37,378 nucleotides of DNA from Candidatus Wildermuthbacteria bacterium GWA2_46_15 (GTDB lineage Bacteria > Patescibacteriota > Minisyncoccia > Minisyncoccales > GWA2-46-15): NCBI GenBank assembly GCA_001823105.1, contig MHTO01000019.1:5079-42456 (forward strand). The letters run 5' to 3'. This document shows, piece by piece, positions 37,280 through 37,378 of this stretch (its first letter is position 1; every line of letters starts with the position of its first letter). Below the pieces are notes generated by a model that saw only the letters and a program-made list of their open reading frames with translations, ran no database searches and was not told where the DNA came from. The position numbers were made by a program, and so were the translations under genes.

Positions 37280-37378
37280 ATGAAACCAATTTTGGTTACC
37301 ACCTACATTAATCCCGACTTGGACGGTTTCGCTTCGGTGCTGGCCTACACCGAGTTTTTGAATAAGACGGGTTTCTCC
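37280..37378 (+). CDS. DHH family phosphoesterase / Mn-dependent pyrophosphatase-like, N terminus only (truncated by window end)
   Basis: My translation: MKPILVTTYINPDLDGFASVLAYTEFLNKTGFS (NPDxD motif). Confidence 0.65.
   Translation, partial: MKPILVTTYINPDLDGFASVLAYTEFLNKTGFS

Overview
Core-genome segment of a bacterium, most likely Patescibacteria/Parcubacteria (CPR). This is inferred from gene content, gene order, scarce Shine-Dalgarno sites and apparently leaderless genes. Housekeeping genes: comM (partial), yraN, two tandem membrane-TPR proteins, rpoB-rpoC, ftsK, recA, rpsF-ssb-rpsR, a phosphohexomutase, trpS, rnj, tRNA-Leu(CAG), a cupin-type Pgi, an orphan family-5 solute-binding protein, secG, a holin-like protein, a CapA-family protein, uvrA, groES-groEL, lemA-htpX, tRNA-Ser(GGA), a cupin, DoxX-like and VKOR proteins, and a partial DHH protein. 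On top of this backbone is a dense set of tiny repeats. (i) Two HUH/Y1 (RAYT-like) transposase genes are each bracketed by their own 21-25 nt palindromes, with related palindromes dispersed elsewhere. (ii) A heptamer-periodic long hairpin element occurs three times between genes and as in-frame arm fragments inside rpoC and uvrA. (iii) A paired-hairpin element is inserted in frame in two genes, with the target sequence present three times (direct-inverted-direct). (iv) Further in-frame palindromic or tandem inserts lie in rpoB, rpoC and uvrA. (v) A two-gene cassette is flanked by a ~52 nt direct repeat that ends inside a palindrome. All calls come from reading the sequence; no searches were run.
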